Shown here piece by piece: positions 61,500-64,000 of a stretch of DNA of 64,000 nt. The notes under the pieces are model-generated. The model ran no database searches and had not been told where the DNA came from. It saw nothing but the letters and a program-made list of their open reading frames with translations. Each line of letters opens with the position of its first letter. Within the stretch, counting starts at the first letter, position 1. Made by a program: the position numbers and the translations under genes. Source of the stretch: Haliotis cracherodii (Eukaryota); NCBI RefSeq assembly GCF_022045235.1, contig NW_027266297.1, forward strand, positions 73,160,001 through 73,224,000, written 5' to 3'.

Positions 61500-63500
61500 C
61501 TCTCCATGTGTGTCCCCTCTCCATGTGTGTCTGCTTCTTGAAGTGTGTCCCCATGTTGATCTCTGGCCTTCCTGTCTATGTGTGTCTTCCTCGTGTTCTG
61601 TGTCTTACGCTTGATGTGTTGTTAATGTTTGTTTCCTCTAGATGTGTTTCCTCGTCTTGGTGAGTGTCTCTCACCTTGATGTGTGTCCCCCTCTTGATAT
61701 GTATTCTCTTCTTGATGTGTCTTCCATTTAATGTGTGTCTTCCTTGATGTGCGTCTCTCTCTTGATGTGTGTGTCGCCGTGTTGTGTGTCTTCCTTGCTG
61801 TGCGTCTCTCTCTTGATGTGTGTGTCGCCGTGTTGTGTGTCTTCCTTGCTGTGCGTCTCTCTCTTGATGTGTGTGTCGCCGTGTTGTGTGGCTTCATGTT
61901 GATGTTTGGTTATTCTCTGTCACTTCCTCTTGATATGTGTTCTCATCTTGATAAGTGTCTTCTCTTGATATGTGTTCATAGTTTATCCGTGTCCCCCCTC
62001 TGTGTGTGTGTCTTCCCATCATGTAGTGTGTTCACTTCATTATGTGGCCTCTTCCTGATGTGTGCCCCCCTCTTGATGTGTCTCTCTGTTTTGATATGTG
62101 TATTCCTGTTGATGCGTGGTTATTCTCTGTCGTTTCCTCTTGATAATAGTTCTCTTCTTGATAAATGTTCGCTTCTTGAGAAGCGTCTTCTCTTGATGCG
62201 TGTCTTCCTCCTGGTGTATGTCTCCCTAGTGTCCTGTGTCGTCTGCTTGATGTGTGTCTTCCTCCTGGTGTATGTCTCCCTAGTGTCATGTGTCGTCTGC
62301 TTGATGTGTGTCTTCCTCCTGGTGTATGTCTCCCTAGTGTCATGTGTCGTCTGCTTGATGTGTGTCTTCCTCCTGGTGTATGTCTCCCTAGTGTCCTGTG
62401 TCGTCTGCTTGATGTGTGTCTTCCTCCTGGTGTATGTCTCCCTAGTGTCATGTGTCGTCTGCTTGAAGTGTGTCTTCCTCCTGGTGTATGTCTCCCTAGT
62501 GTCCCGTGTCGTCTGCTTGATGTGTGTCTTCCTCCTGGTGTATGTCTCCCTAGTGTCATGTGTCGTCTGCTTGATGTGTGTCTTCCTCCTGGTGTATGTC
62601 TCCCTAGTGTCCTGTGTCGTCTGCTTGATGTGTGTCTTCCTCCTGGTGTATGTCTCCCTAGTGTCTTGTGTCGTCTGCTTAATGTGTGTCTTCCTCCTGG
62701 TGTATGTCTCCCTAGTGTCTTGTGTCGTCTGCTTGATGTGTGTCCTCCTCCTGGTGTATGTCTCCCTAGTGTCTTGTGTTGTCTGCTTGAAGTGTGTCTT
62801 CCTCCTGGTGTATGTCTCCCTAGTGTCATGTGTCGTCTGCTTGATGTGTGTCTTCCTCCTGGTGTATGTCTCCCTAGTGTCATGTGTTGTCTGCTTGATG
62901 TGTGTCTTCCTCCTTGTGTATGTCTCCCTAGTGTCCTGTGTCGTCTGCTTGATGTGTGTCTTTCTCCTGGTGTATGTCTCCCTAGTGTCATGTGTCGTCT
63001 GCTTGATGTGTGACTTTTCTCTGGCGTTGACGTTTTATATTTTCACATAATGTGTGTCCTCCTCTTGGTGTGTGTCTTCTTCTTGATGTGTATTCTAGTC
63101 TTGTTGTGTGTCCTCTCCTTGATGTGCGTCTATCTTTTAATGTTTGTCCTGTTGATATGTGTCCTCTTCTTGAAGCGTGTCTTCCTCTTGATATGTGTGG
63201 CTCTTCTTCGTGTTGAGTGTCTCCATGTTGATGTGTAGTTATTCTGACATTTCCTGTTATGTTCTCTTCTTGATGTATGATATATATCTTCCTAGTTTAT
63301 CTGTGCCCCCTCTCTTGGTGTATTTCTTCCTCTGGGGTGTCTTCCTCTTGATATGTGTGGTTCTTCTTCGTGTTGAGTGTCTCTCTGTTGATGTGTAGTT
63401 ATTCTGAAAAATTCTTAATATATGATATATATCTTCCTAGTGCCCCCTCTCCTGGTGTATGTCTTCCCCGTGTCCTGTGTCGTCTGCTTGATGTGTGTCC
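61500..63500. repeat. Compound satellite: degenerate 18-bp units with a homogeneous 54-bp array (~15 copies, ~62193-63010) and a 51-bp triplet (~61735-61890)
   Basis: CTTGATGTGTGTCTTCCT|CCTGGTGTATGTCTCCCT|AGTGTCATGTGTCGTCTG. Confidence 0.92.
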
Positions 63501-63694
63501 TCATCCAAACCCCAATCAAGGGACGCAACTCCTTCGACCTATAGTCTGAGATCTGTAGAGTGAGATCTCTCGCAGCCTTCATGCATGAATCCCTGGTCCT
63601 CTTTATTTAACTTGTGTTCAAATCCCAAACTTTACTATAAAGCGACCACACCAGTGGACACCATATATGTATCCAAATCATCTTCCCTCCACAG

Positions 63695-63916
63695 CTTTCT
63701 GCCGAATACCCTCCCTCGGCAACGGCACAGTTCACAACGTCACCGTTGGCTCTTATGTGCCCATCACGTTCAAGATCCATGTGACCTGCAACGTTGGTTT
63801 CAGGCTTACGAAAGGCATAACAACACACCATTCAGAACACGACATTCCACTGCATCCCGATGAGAACATGTGCTTGTCGACCGGCAAGTGGGCAGAAGAA
63901 TATATGTGTCAGTGGG
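63695..63916 (+). CDS. LRP-like gene exon 23 (Sushi/CCP module); gene continues beyond the window
   Basis: FCRIPSLGNGTV...HVTCNVGFRLTKG...NMCLSTGKWAEEYMCQW shows the four-Cys C..P..NG / C..GF.L.G / C...G.W....C pattern; CCACAG| and G|GTAAGG, phase 1-1. Confidence 0.9.
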
Positions 63917-64000
63917 GTAAGGTGGTCGACCTCGGTTCTGTTGTGTACAGACAGTGTATTCGTATTAGAACAAAAGCGACAAAACCCTTTCCATATACAT

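Noticed and set aside
61731-63050. 439-aa Cys/Val/Leu-rich ORF and its antisense ORFs
   Set aside because: Low-complexity satellite inside the intron between exons 22 and 23

Overview
Eukaryotic, repeat-rich animal genomic DNA. The SINE repertoire resembles what I recall from molluscs such as abalone; this is recollection, not a search. Two genes are supported. (1) On the minus strand, a gene with one coding exon (11803-12906, 367 aa) encodes a disordered protein with signalling-type linear motifs, preceded by a 5'-UTR intron and followed by a ~2 kb 3' UTR. (2) On the plus strand, a large gene that I reconstructed by hand as 23 phase-compatible GT-AG exons (30124-63916, ~1033 codons, running off the window) encodes signal peptide - YWTD propeller - YWTD propeller - EGF - YWTD propeller - atypical EGF - Sushi/CCP, an LRP-like protein with non-canonical architecture. 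The rest is at least five SINE-like families, decayed Tc1 and mariner transposons, MITEs, a 350-bp palindrome and about ten minisatellite arrays. The long ORFs in the track over those arrays are repeat artefacts. Top leads: (a) a ~270-bp retroposon family that lacks a tRNA head but starts at a fixed nucleotide with a compact pseudoknot-capable fold, a candidate self-processing ribozyme-like RNA; (b) a traceable parent-daughter pair of that element with copied 3' flank inside the same gene; (c) minisatellites seeded exactly at Tc1 termini, a SINE tail and a 5' splice site. No CRISPR, rRNA or intact tRNA gene was found.
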